Assembly: GCA_963664815.2 (NCBI GenBank)
Contig: CAXXHB010000002.1
Span: forward strand, 352,001-416,000
Reading direction: 5' to 3'
Length of the DNA stretch: 64,000 nt
DNA from: Spirochaetota bacterium
GTDB taxonomy: Bacteria > Spirochaetota > UBA4802 > UBA5550
The notes beneath the pieces were generated by a model, which saw only the letters and a list, made by a program, of their open reading frames with translations, was not told where the DNA came from and made no database searches. Position numbers and translations under genes: made by a program. Shown here one piece after another: positions 21,945 through 32,101 of this stretch; within the stretch, counting starts at the first letter, position 1, and the number at the start of each line of letters is the position of its first letter.

Positions 21945-24900
21945 TTGAGCGAAGATAAGAATTTTTTACAGTCTATTAAACTTGAAATAAGCAGAAATTT
22001 CAAGCTCGACCCTTACGAAAGAATTGCTTTTCATAAGATTCTTGCCTGTGCCAAATCAAATGCCGGAAAAGAGATTCTTATACGGGAAATTGAAAAAGGG
22101 GGGGATATCCGTTTAAGCGCTCTTCATTCTCTTTCGGAATTTAATGATCTTTCACTGATTCCAGTATTTATGACAATTCTTGAAAAAGATCCGCTGGATG
22201 AAGAGTTGTTTATCATTCTTGATTTTCTATATAAAAATGGATCGGCGAATGAAGTTCAATCATTAATCCAGTTTATTGAAAATAAAAAAAATGAAACTGA
22301 AAAAGCATTCATAATAAAGAAATGCTTTAATGTATTAAAAAAAATTGGTGAATCAGACAAGACGTTTCATCAATACCTGATTTCAGTAATAAATAATCCA
22401 GATTCAGATCCGGTAATACTTGAAGGGGCTATTAATGCCGTGTCTATATTGAAAAAACCGGAAATATTTGAAGAACTTATAAAAAGAAACAATGATAATA
22501 TTTCCAATCATGTTTTTTTATCAATATATAACATGAATCTCAGTTTAGTAAAAGAAGATGATGTTGAAAAAGAAGAATATACGCCTCCGCTTTTTAATCT
22601 CAACAGGGAAATGAGTGAGGAAGAAGGACTTATTCTTAACATAAAAGTTTTACTTGGTAAAATTACATCCAGATTTGACGATTTTTCAGTAGAAACAAAA
22701 AATTCATATATAAATGCAATGTTGTCATGCAATCATCGGGAAGCTGTAATTTACGTAATGAAAGCGCTTGAATCAAAAAACAATGAATTAATCAGAAAAA
22801 CATTTTTTTCAATTCACAGCAACATAACAAGACTTCGCTTTCCGGAAAAACTTCTCAGAAATCTGATTTCAATGAGTGTTGAGACAGAAGAAAATAACGC
22901 CCTTATAGTTGAGATTTTCGCAAAGTATTTTTCTGAGAAAAAGAAAAACAGGTCAGATATTCTGTTCCGGGACAAACTTTTCGGAAATATAACATCTACT
23001 CTTGAATCATATTTTGAAACCTACAGGCGTGAATTTATGATTCCTGATGTTACTGAAAGTTCACTGCCTGAAAGTTTCAAGAAAATACGATCATCAATTT
23101 TAAAATACCTGAATCCGGAACAGAAAAGAAAACTTATTGCAGATCTTACCTCTGAAGAGAAAGATCTCCCTCTTAAAATTCTTTCCTATTTATCAGAATG
23201 GATTTATTATATTGATGATGAGGATCAGGAAGCTTTTTCACTTTTCATTGATCTCGTAATAGATGAAGACAGAGTTTCAAGAGAAAACACCGCTTCGCGG
23301 TTTGATTCGATCAATTTTGAAAAGAGGTATCTTCAATCTAGAATTGTCAGACTGTGTAATATCATTAATGTATTGAATATTGATGATGCGGCGAAATCTC
23401 TTGTCTATATGTACAATTATTTGAAAAAATATCCTGATAAAAAGATTTATGATTCTGCGATAAATGCTTTATGCAGGATTAATTATTCCTACATGCTGAG
23501 TGAAATTGAAATTATGCTAACAGCTGGGAGCGCGGAAGATCAGATAAAAGCTGTATCACTTCTTCCTCTTTTTACCGAGAAAAGGCTTATTAATATTCTT
23601 GTCGAGTATCTGAAAAATAATTCATCTAATGGTAATGATGTGACCCGCGGTATAGTATCAATTCTTGCCGAACAGGATGTTATATTAAATATAAATGCAA
23701 TTGTTGTATTTAAGAGTGTAATAGAAAATAATCCGGAGAGTGATATTAGAAGATTGGCCATAATAGGAGTGGGTAATTGTTGTATCAGTGAGGATATTGA
23801 GTATTTAAATGATCTTTTTTATAAAGTAAAAGAACCTATTTTAAAAGAAGCTGTAGTGAAATCAATCTGTTCCATAATAGCCTATAAGAGTGATTATAAT
23901 AAACAGCAGATTGTGAGGTTTGTCCAGGAATATCTGAAAGATCCGGATATTAAGGTAAGAATTTTTTCATGCATGATACTTATTCGTCTTGGTAATAAAG
24001 ATGCATTCAGATCTATAAGAGAGATGTTGATAATTAAAAATAAAATAATCCAGAGGGAGATATTATCAATTTTGCGTGATATCCGAACTCCGGATTTTTA
24101 TTTTTTCCTGGTTTCATTATTAAAAGAGGAATTCGGCATAAGTGAAGATATTATTTATCTGATTAAAAAACTTCCTGAAGAAGAATTAAAGGAGATTGAA
24201 AGCTTTATAATTAACATATTCAGGAAATTTGAAATTCCTTCTTTAGGAACAGGATCTGCACCAAGAGAAACTCATAAGCTTGAGAATTGCGAAAAACGGC
24301 AACTTACGGTTTTATATATTACTGTTGAGAACTTTGATGATTTGACAAGAGATATGAATTTTTATCAATTAATTGAGTTTTATCTTAAAATAGATTCAAT
24401 AATAGTGAAACCGGTAATTGATAATTCCGGAGTGATTTCTGACAAAGACAACAATCGTATAACAGCATGGTTTGATGTTTCACTGAATTCAATTAAAGCC
24501 GTAAATGAAATCAATAAGAGATTAAAAGAAATAAACAATACTAATATTTATAAAAAAAACATTAACACAAGAATGGTTATAATATTTGATAATTATATAC
24601 TGGTTGGAGATGAAATTTTTGATTACAGTAAAAAAAGTCTTAATACAAATCATAATATGCCGTTTATAAATAAAACTGTAATTGATAATAAGTTAGCAAA
24701 TAGAATAAGTGAAGATTATTATCTGGCACCAATTCCTGAAATTTTATATTCTGGAGAGCTGTCAGACAGAAATCATTTTGAATTAATGACGAGTGTTAAT
24801 TTCAGGAATATTACATTTGCAATGCTGGAAAACAAACAGGCAGAAATTTTAAAAGCCAGACAGGAACAGTCCCAGATCGCTGCACAGATAAAAAATCTTA

Positions 24901-25106
24901 AAACAGGCAATAGATCAACAACATCAATAGCTATAGCGGGTGAACTTGAAAATATCGGAGTAAAGCTGAGAGAACAGCTTGAGGAGATTGAGCGATATGT
25001 AAACAGACGTTCAACAGACAGGGAGTTGAGTAAAAATGTCCGGCAGATGCTTAATAATACATATAATTTATATAGAGTGGAAATATCAAAATTAACAATT
25101 AGATAA
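21945..25106 (+). CDS. Large HEAT/ARM-repeat protein with degenerate class III nucleotide-cyclase-like domain
   Basis: HEAT motifs (IRLSALHSL, IRRLAIIGVG, LKDPDIKVRIFS). Region from about 24290 (KRQLTVLYITVENF...GVISDKDNNRITAWF...INTRMVI) follows the cyclase fold pattern. Confidence 0.7.
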   Translation: MSEDKNFLQSIKLEISRNFKLDPYERIAFHKILACAKSNAGKEILIREIEKGGDIRLSALHSLSEFNDLSLIPVFMTILEKDPLDEELFIILDFLYKNGSANEVQSLIQFIENKKNETEKAFIIKKCFNVLKKIGESDKTFHQYLISVINNPDSDPVILEGAINAVSILKKPEIFEELIKRNNDNISNHVFLSIYNMNLSLVKEDDVEKEEYTPPLFNLNREMSEEEGLILNIKVLLGKITSRFDDFSVETKNSYINAMLSCNHREAVIYVMKALESKNNELIRKTFFSIHSNITRLRFPEKLLRNLISMSVETEENNALIVEIFAKYFSEKKKNRSDILFRDKLFGNITSTLESYFETYRREFMIPDVTESSLPESFKKIRSSILKYLNPEQKRKLIADLTSEEKDLPLKILSYLSEWIYYIDDEDQEAFSLFIDLVIDEDRVSRENTASRFDSINFEKRYLQSRIVRLCNIINVLNIDDAAKSLVYMYNYLKKYPDKKIYDSAINALCRINYSYMLSEIEIMLTAGSAEDQIKAVSLLPLFTEKRLINILVEYLKNNSSNGNDVTRGIVSILAEQDVILNINAIVVFKSVIENNPESDIRRLAIIGVGNCCISEDIEYLNDLFYKVKEPILKEAVVKSICSIIAYKSDYNKQQIVRFVQEYLKDPDIKVRIFSCMILIRLGNKDAFRSIREMLIIKNKIIQREILSILRDIRTPDFYFFLVSLLKEEFGISEDIIYLIKKLPEEELKEIESFIINIFRKFEIPSLGTGSAPRETHKLENCEKRQLTVLYITVENFDDLTRDMNFYQLIEFYLKIDSIIVKPVIDNSGVISDKDNNRITAWFDVSLNSIKAVNEINKRLKEINNTNIYKKNINTRMVIIFDNYILVGDEIFDYSKKSLNTNHNMPFINKTVIDNKLANRISEDYYLAPIPEILYSGELSDRNHFELMTSVNFRNITFAMLENKQAEILKARQEQSQIAAQIKNLKTGNRSTTSIAIAGELENIGVKLREQLEEIERYVNRRSTDRELSKNVRQMLNNTYNLYRVEISKLTIR

Positions 25107-25252
25107 TAGTATCTGAACTATAATTTTATATGTAATTTAATTATAATCTCATCTTTATTGAAATGAAAGAAAATAGTTTTTATAAAATCTATGTCATGAA
25201 AATATTGCTGATTAAGTAATTCAATCTGTTTTGCTGGTTTGTAACGGTTCTT

Positions 25253-26170
25253 TTATCTTTCAGCGAAACGTTTGGATAATTCAAGTTTATGTTTAATTAA
25301 AAACATTGAGTTAACTAGAAAGAACCGGTCATTTTTAAACTTGAGTAAGGTTTCATATTGTACAACTGCTGTTTTATAATCTCCTGTTTTAAAAGCAGAT
25401 TCAGCGAAATAGTAATGAAATGATTTATCATATTCCGATGATGTATCAATAGATTTAAGGAGCACAATGGATTTAAGATATTCCTTATTTTTAAAGTGAA
25501 TTTTAGCCAGCCCTAAAATTCCATTCGGGAATGAATACTGAAGAGTGATGGTTGTTTCATAATATTTTTTAGCGGTTCTTAGCTGGTTCCTGTTATAATA
25601 TATATCACCGATAAGAATATAAGTATTCAATTCCCTGGGATTTTTTTTCAGTCCTATGCGGAACTTTTCAAGAGCATCGTTTTCTCGGTTTAACCTCCCA
25701 TAAATATAACCTGTCTGAAGATAAATTTTTGAATAATCAGGTACAAGCTGTTCAGCTTTCAGAAAATGAATAAGTGAAATTTGAAGTCTATTCATATAAA
25801 GAGTACAGATTCCGGCATTGTATCTGAAAGGGAAAAAAAGAGGGGCTTTTTCGAGGCCATCTTCGAGAATATTTAGTGCTTCGGGAAATTTACCGGACAT
25901 CATAAGTTCTGCAGCTTTATTGTTGGCATTTCCGGCCGGATCATCCCCATTGCAGAAAAGAATATCGTTTTGTGAATATATCAGATATTTTCCGATCTGT
26001 ACAGATTCTTTATTTGCTTTAAGTACTGAAAAGTAATCGGTATCCTGAGCATTTAAAAAAATCGAATATATTAAAGTGATTGATAAAAGTATTGATAATG
26101 AAGAAAATATTTTTTTTGAACCAATTACAAGTTTTTTCATAAAATTGTTTTTTTCATTCGTATTGGCCAT
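25253..26170 (-). CDS. Exported TPR-repeat protein
   Basis: N-terminal hydrophobic segment and multiple TPRs (YNAGIC, YLQTGYIY, YILIGDIYY). Confidence 0.85.
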   Translation of the reverse strand: MANTNEKNNFMKKLVIGSKKIFSSLSILLSITLIYSIFLNAQDTDYFSVLKANKESVQIGKYLIYSQNDILFCNGDDPAGNANNKAAELMMSGKFPEALNILEDGLEKAPLFFPFRYNAGICTLYMNRLQISLIHFLKAEQLVPDYSKIYLQTGYIYGRLNRENDALEKFRIGLKKNPRELNTYILIGDIYYNRNQLRTAKKYYETTITLQYSFPNGILGLAKIHFKNKEYLKSIVLLKSIDTSSEYDKSFHYYFAESAFKTGDYKTAVVQYETLLKFKNDRFFLVNSMFLIKHKLELSKRFAER

Positions 26171-26601
26171 TTAATATAGTCATTTATTAAATCATCTTAT
26201 CACGTCCTTCTGTATATGAAGTGTGATAATTTTCAAGTAAATCCTGATGTTAAAAAAACGTTGATTTATTACAGGTATGCCTGATAAATCCTGTTGTTAT
26301 ATCACTTATCAGAAACAGCATATTAAACAAATTGCTGTAACGTAGATCTGATTTGAGTATATTAATATATCGGAAAAAGTGTATAGTATAGATTATGTAT
26401 TAATTAAGGTTTTACAAACCTTTTACAGTAATAATTTCAGAATATGTATTTTAGGGCAAACAGAAAATTAAATCTTTCCATTGCACACAACAATGATAAG
26501 GTTTAAAAGCTGAACATTTTATTAATTTAAAAAATTCTTGAAAAGGTGCCGGTTAATATTCAAATGGCTTAATAATAGATGAATTTTGTGGTGAAAAATT
26601 A

Positions 26602-27555
26602 ATGGGAAATCCTGAATTGAAAATTTACAATGAAATTCCTGTAAATAACGGATTGTTTCAGAATCCTGTTGTTACTATCGGAAATTTTGATGGTGTACAT
26701 CTGGGGCACAGGAAGATTATTGAAAAATTAATATCCAGCTCCAGGGAACATAATGGAATACCGGTGGTTATCACCTTTAAAAATCATCCAAGGACATTAT
26801 TCCATCCCGAATCAGTCTGTAGAATGATAACTACTATTGAAGAAAAACAACAGGCGCTTCATGCTCTTGGAATCAACAATATCATTATGCTGAATTTTAC
26901 CAGGGAATTTTCCAATCTTACTGCAGACCAGTTTTACAATGAACTTCTTATAGGAAAACTGAAGGTGAAGGAGATTGTAATTGGATACGATCATGCCTTC
27001 GGTAAAAACAGGGAAGGCAATATCGATTACCTCATGAAGCTTTCAGCGAAAACGGGAATTATCGTTAATCGTGTGGAAGAGGAAGTATGTGAAGAGGAAG
27101 TGATTTCGTCAACATTACTCAGGCATGAGATAGATAAAGGCAATATGCAGATGGTTGCAAGACTCTTAGGAAGAAGATACACACTCACAGGACACATTGT
27201 TAAAGGTGCTGGCAGGGGGAGGGGGCTTGGTTTTCCCACAGCAAATATTTCGCCGGATCATTTGGATAAAATTATTCCGGGTAATGGAACATATGCCGCT
27301 TCAATAATTTTTAAAGATAATACGGTTTATCATGGGATGCTGAATATCGGGTATAACCCGACATTTGATGGAGAAGAGAAAACAATCGAAATAAATATTT
27401 TTGATTTTAATAAAAATATTTACGGTGAAATTGTAAAATTAGAATTTTTTGAAAAAATTAGGGATGTTGTAAAATTCGAATCGGCTGAGTCTCTTATAAA
27501 GCAGATCAGAACAGATGAAATTCAGATAAGGAAGATTTTTAACGATGTCTGCTGA
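26602..27555 (+). CDS. ribF: Bifunctional riboflavin kinase / FAD synthetase
   Basis: IGNFDGVHLGH, GYDHAFG, ISST, GRGLGFPTAN and NIGYNPTF motifs. Confidence 0.97.
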   Translation: MGNPELKIYNEIPVNNGLFQNPVVTIGNFDGVHLGHRKIIEKLISSSREHNGIPVVITFKNHPRTLFHPESVCRMITTIEEKQQALHALGINNIIMLNFTREFSNLTADQFYNELLIGKLKVKEIVIGYDHAFGKNREGNIDYLMKLSAKTGIIVNRVEEEVCEEEVISSTLLRHEIDKGNMQMVARLLGRRYTLTGHIVKGAGRGRGLGFPTANISPDHLDKIIPGNGTYAASIIFKDNTVYHGMLNIGYNPTFDGEEKTIEINIFDFNKNIYGEIVKLEFFEKIRDVVKFESAESLIKQIRTDEIQIRKIFNDVC

Positions 27556-28114
27556 CGAACAGAAAGATATTTACAGCTATGTAGCAGCATTTCCAGGGCT
27601 GGTTCTTGAAATTTTTTCTGACAATTGGAATCTTCTGAAAATTGATATTATTAAAGGGAAAAAACCTTTAAGCAATAAAAAAAATTTTATACCTGATCCT
27701 ATAATTAAAACAATTTCTTTTTTTGATGATTATTTTACCGGGAAAAGAAGCAGTTTAAAAATTGTTTTTGATATTAAATCTTCATCAAGTAATTCTGAGA
27801 GAGATACAGATACAGTTCTTCACCTCGATATGAGCAGCTATACAGTAAATGAAATCAGGATTTATAAAAAGCTTTTAGAGATTAGACCTGGAAAGACAAT
27901 TTCATATGGTGATCTTGCTGAATACAGCGGAATTGCCCGTGGAGCAAGATTTACTGGAAATTGTATGGCGAAGAATAATTTTCCTTTAATTATTCCGTGT
28001 CATCGTGTTATTAAAAAGGATGGATCTATTGGTAATTACGGCGGCGGAGTAGAAATTAAAAAATTTCTGCTTAAGCACGAAACAGATATGTTCTTCTATT
28101 CCAACAGCCGGTAG
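27545..28114 (+). CDS. ogt: Methylated-DNA--protein-cysteine methyltransferase
   Basis: G.TISYG.LA, IIPCHRVI active site and GNYGGG..IK..LL.HE. Confidence 0.93.
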   Translation: MSADEQKDIYSYVAAFPGLVLEIFSDNWNLLKIDIIKGKKPLSNKKNFIPDPIIKTISFFDDYFTGKRSSLKIVFDIKSSSSNSERDTDTVLHLDMSSYTVNEIRIYKKLLEIRPGKTISYGDLAEYSGIARGARFTGNCMAKNNFPLIIPCHRVIKKDGSIGNYGGGVEIKKFLLKHETDMFFYSNSR

Positions 28115-28122
28115 GCTGCAGC

Positions 28123-30282
28123 CTATTGATCTTTAATTACCCGTATCATTGCAATTATAAATCCTGAAGCAATAAGAATCGTTCCAAGCCAGACTACCCA
28201 GATCAGTCGTTTATGAGATATTTCCAGTATTGCATAATCAGGAGGTATCACGGCATTTTTCTCAGGTGTAATGAATATTCCCACGGTTCTGTGGTTTGCA
28301 TTTAAACTCTCAATTGATATGATTGTATCTGTACCCGGCATTTTCTGATCTATTTTTTCAGTCTCACCCGATTTTGTTATTTTTATACCGGGAAAATATT
28401 TTTTTCCATCTACCATTATATTGGAGAGTATGGTCATTCCATCTTTTCCCATATTATCTGTCACAAATCCATAGAACTTGACTGTATGCCCGCTTATGTT
28501 TCTTTCATCATTTTCATGCAGTAGTGCGGAGCTGTAATTTATTCTGGAAAAATTGTAGAGTTGAGGTGTTATATAAATATCTCCGGAAATGCTGTTAATA
28601 ATATATGGAGCTCTGTAGTTTACTTCACCGGTGTTTTGGTCAATATAGTATGCCATTTGAGCATCATGTGATGTACCATTTTCCGCAACTGATATCAGTA
28701 CATGAGATTTTTCCCCTTCCTGGAAACCTTTTAGTGTTATAGAACTGCCTGCCTGAATGGATTCGCCGACATTAACGTGTTTCTGTTCGCTCCATGAATG
28801 AAGATTTGATGCAATAACACCGAGTATGAATATTGCCACTCCAAGGTGGGCAATTCTTGAAGAGAGATTAATTATATTTGTATTCTTTTTTAAATCAAGA
28901 AATATCATTGAAGAGAGAAAAAATGAAAGTATTGAAAAGAGAATAGCTGCCGGATTCTTTGTGGAAAGAATGTTAAAAAGTATTCCGGTTATTATTGAAA
29001 AAATCACAGCAATAATTATATCTTTTTTTAAATAACTGCGGGAGGCAAACATTGAAAGAGTAATAAATGAAAGAATCATCAGACCGAATGGTGTGGAAAT
29101 ATTATTATAGAATTTTTCAGTAACGTTCGCCGGATTGTTGAAGAGGCCTGTTACAATCGGCATTGTAGTCCCAGCCAGAACAATCAGGGCAAAAAGAAGC
29201 AGTATAATGATCCCATAAACAGTTATACCTTCGAATGTGAAAATGTCGGTGCTGATTTTTTTTGATTTAATCTGCTTGTAACGTTTTGCAAAAAGAAAAA
29301 CTGAAATAGCAAGGAAAAATATTATGTTTCCCAGCAGGAAGTAAAGGACACTGGATTTTCCAAAAGAATGAACTGAAAAATCAGAGAGTATTCCGCTTCT
29401 TGTCAAAAAGGTGCTGAAAAAAACCAGAATAAAATAAGCAAGGGCCATAAAGATATTTGTTTTTCTTAGAATTTCTTTTCTGGTCTGAAGCATGAGTCCA
29501 TGCATCAGTGCTACAGAAACAAGCCATGGTATTAGTGAGGAGTTTTCAACCGGATCCCATCCCCAGTATCCACCCCAGCCCAGGACTTTATACGCCCAGT
29601 ACCCTCCCATAAATATACCTGCTCCGAGAGTTAGCATGCTGAAAATTAACCATGGGAATGATCTCTTTACCCAACTATCGAAATCCCCTTTAATAAGAGC
29701 TGCTATAGCATATCCGAAAGGTATTGTAGATGACGCATAGCCGAGGAATAATACAGGAGGATGAGCAATCATCCATGGATCCATAAGAAGAGGATTCATC
29801 CCGTTTCCATCTCCGGGAATTTCACCAGGATGGAAATCATTCGGAGAGATATTCCATATATAAGAAAATGGATTTTTTACCAGAAGAATAAGAAGTATAA
29901 AACTTTGCACTACCATTATAGAAGTGAGAACTGCCGGAGTAAATTCATTAGTTTTCCTTAATAAAACAATTCCACACATATTCAGAAGAAAAAGCCAGAC
30001 AAGGAAACTTCCCTCATTGCCAGCCCAGATCGCAGCGATTTTATATTGCGTCAGCATGGCTTTTGATGAATTGCTGAAAATGTATGCATATTGAAATTCA
30101 TTATTAATAATTGCATTGAAAAGAACAAGAACAGCAAACATTATTAGAATGGATGTAATGTAGAAAATTCTTTTCCCAGCAAGAAACGATTTTTTTTCAT
30201 TGCTGATACTTCTGATCATAAAAAAAACAGATGCTATTGAAAGCATCAGAGCTGTGCTTAATATTATAGTTCCTGTATTCAT
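28123..30282 (-). CDS. ccmF: Cytochrome c biogenesis protein CcmF (heme lyase)
   Basis: WAGNEGS, HPP.LFLGY, WAY.VLGWGGYWGWDPVEN and SVHSF motifs. Confidence 0.95.
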   Translation of the reverse strand: MNTGTIILSTALMLSIASVFFMIRSISNEKKSFLAGKRIFYITSILIMFAVLVLFNAIINNEFQYAYIFSNSSKAMLTQYKIAAIWAGNEGSFLVWLFLLNMCGIVLLRKTNEFTPAVLTSIMVVQSFILLILLVKNPFSYIWNISPNDFHPGEIPGDGNGMNPLLMDPWMIAHPPVLFLGYASSTIPFGYAIAALIKGDFDSWVKRSFPWLIFSMLTLGAGIFMGGYWAYKVLGWGGYWGWDPVENSSLIPWLVSVALMHGLMLQTRKEILRKTNIFMALAYFILVFFSTFLTRSGILSDFSVHSFGKSSVLYFLLGNIIFFLAISVFLFAKRYKQIKSKKISTDIFTFEGITVYGIIILLLFALIVLAGTTMPIVTGLFNNPANVTEKFYNNISTPFGLMILSFITLSMFASRSYLKKDIIIAVIFSIITGILFNILSTKNPAAILFSILSFFLSSMIFLDLKKNTNIINLSSRIAHLGVAIFILGVIASNLHSWSEQKHVNVGESIQAGSSITLKGFQEGEKSHVLISVAENGTSHDAQMAYYIDQNTGEVNYRAPYIINSISGDIYITPQLYNFSRINYSSALLHENDERNISGHTVKFYGFVTDNMGKDGMTILSNIMVDGKKYFPGIKITKSGETEKIDQKMPGTDTIISIESLNANHRTVGIFITPEKNAVIPPDYAILEISHKRLIWVVWLGTILIASGFIIAMIRVIKDQ

Positions 30283-30283
30283 A

Positions 30284-30661
30284 TTATTTATTTTCCTTCT
30301 GGTATTTTGACGGGCATTTCACAAGTACCTTATCAGCTTCAAATGTTTTTTTATCTGAAGAGAATTTCCCAAGCACTACAACCTTTTCAGTATGCTCAAA
30401 GTTCTGGGGTTTAACACCATTATGAACAACATAGAGTATATTGTTGTTTTCATCGGAGAGTTCAAAGGAGTAACCAGCACCATCATGCTTTACCTCGGCA
30501 TCTTTCACTCTTTTCCCGATTACCTGAACGTATTTTCCCGGGTGTTTTTCGGCATAATGAAATGTAACGTAGGGGGAGAAAAGATCATCGCTGAGAGAAA
30601 TGATTGCTGTTACAAGAAGAATCAGTCCGATGATGAAAACGAAAATTTTTTTATTTTTCAC
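30284..30661 (-). CDS. ccmE: Heme chaperone CcmE, CxxxY variant
   Basis: N-terminal TM helix, OB-fold and C-terminal KCPSKY. GTG start at 30661 after GAGGAGGAG. Confidence 0.9.
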   Translation of the reverse strand: MKNKKIFVFIIGLILLVTAIISLSDDLFSPYVTFHYAEKHPGKYVQVIGKRVKDAEVKHDGAGYSFELSDENNNILYVVHNGVKPQNFEHTEKVVVLGKFSSDKKTFEADKVLVKCPSKYQKENK

Positions 30662-30764
30662 CAAGCTCCTCCTCAATCTTCCGGACCTTTCTGTCAAGTC
30701 TGTAAAGGAACAGAGCTATACCAACCCATATTATCAGTATTGTCGCTGTAATTTCAATCATCAT
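30651..30764 (-). CDS. ccmD: CcmD (37 aa, absent from the ORF track)
   Basis: Translated by hand: MMIEITATILIIWVGIALFLYRLDRKVRKIEEELGEK. RBS AGGAG; single TM helix plus charged tail; overlaps ccmC stop and ccmE start. Confidence 0.85.
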   Translation of the reverse strand: MMIEITATILIIWVGIALFLYRLDRKVRKIEEELGEK

Positions 30765-31437
30765 TGTGTTTCTCCTGGAATTTGAATTCAATGAAACTTA
30801 TTCTGTTCATCAGGCTGTAGATATATCCATAGAATATTGTAAATACACATATTGAAGTGAGAAGAGTAAGCTTCATTGACGCTTCAAGATGGATTTTTTT
30901 ATCAGCATTTATTATTGTATCCGGATGGAGTGACGGATAAATTCTCGGTATTACGAATATAAAAAAAGGCATTGTTATCATAGCAATTAAAAGATAAACA
31001 GAACTTATTCTTATTCTGTTCGAATTTTCGCTTAAAGCGGAATAAAGGCTGAAGTATGAGATGTAGATAAGCATCAATATTACTATTGATGTTTCTCTGG
31101 GGTCCCAGTTCCAGTATGTACCCCAGCTTATTTTTGCCCAGATTGAGCCGGTTACTACTGTAAGAACTGTAAAGATAATTCCGGCATAGGCTGCATTGTA
31201 TGATTTATACTCTCTTTCAACAATATTATTATCTGAAAGAAGTATCCTGATGGAGTGATAACCGGCAATAACGAACGAAATTACCGAAAGCCATGCTACA
31301 GGTACATGAAAATAAATAATTCTGCCGGAGTCTCCGAGAAACTCTGCTCGAGGTGACCATATGAGTGCCATCAGGTAAACAGCAGGCATTATTATAAAAA
31401 TATGTAAGACGAATAGAATGTGATTATATATTTTCAT
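30754..31437 (-). CDS. ccmC: Heme exporter CcmC
   Basis: IIYFHVP, TGSIWAK.SWGTYWNWDPRETS (WWD domain) and SLHP motifs. Confidence 0.95.
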   Translation of the reverse strand: MKIYNHILFVLHIFIIMPAVYLMALIWSPRAEFLGDSGRIIYFHVPVAWLSVISFVIAGYHSIRILLSDNNIVEREYKSYNAAYAGIIFTVLTVVTGSIWAKISWGTYWNWDPRETSIVILMLIYISYFSLYSALSENSNRIRISSVYLLIAMITMPFFIFVIPRIYPSLHPDTIINADKKIHLEASMKLTLLTSICVFTIFYGYIYSLMNRISFIEFKFQEKHNDD

Positions 31438-31438
31438 T

Positions 31439-32101
31439 TTATAATTCCGTCCAGATAAATTTAAAAGTAAGATATGAAACTGAAACTATTACACCGGAGA
31501 AGGCAAGTAAAAAAACGATGCTTTTATATTCCGGAACCACTGTACTGTCAATTGAAACAGTTGTAAGATTAATAGACGTCCACAAAACCGGGAGTAGTAT
31601 TGGGAATGAAATTACTGTAAAGAGGGAACTTCCGCTACCCGCTTTCGAAACTATCGCGCCAAGAATTGTTGTGACCGTTGCGATTGCGATGCTTCCGGAG
31701 ATTACTGTAAGAATGAAAAAGAATATATTAGCCGGAAAAATCTGGAGAAAGAAAAGGTAAAGTACTGTTACTATTGCGGATATAATGAGAAATATTATTA
31801 TGTTGAAAATCAGCTTTGAAAGATAAATCTCTTCGGGTGAAAAGCAGAGTGAAAGAAATAAAGATGTTTTTTCCTCCTCCTCCCTGATGAATATATGCGC
31901 AAGACCGCTCATTGCGCTGAAAAAAAGGATAATCCAGAAAATGATTGCATTGACTGCGGGTGAAAACGAGCTACCACCTGCAGCAAGGCTTACTGACAGG
32001 GTTGTAATACCGGCGAAGGCGAAGCTTATATTTATCGCCGACCTGTTTCTTGATTCAATGAGAAAATCTTTCTTTATATTACTTAAAATTCTATTGTTCA
32101 A
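31439..32101 (-). CDS. ccmB: Heme exporter CcmB
   Basis: KKD..IE.R, F.REEE..T, K.IFN and FPILLP motifs; about 6 TM segments. Confidence 0.9.
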   Translation of the reverse strand: MNNRILSNIKKDFLIESRNRSAINISFAFAGITTLSVSLAAGGSSFSPAVNAIIFWIILFFSAMSGLAHIFIREEEEKTSLFLSLCFSPEEIYLSKLIFNIIIFLIISAIVTVLYLFFLQIFPANIFFFILTVISGSIAIATVTTILGAIVSKAGSGSSLFTVISFPILLPVLWTSINLTTVSIDSTVVPEYKSIVFLLAFSGVIVSVSYLTFKFIWTEL

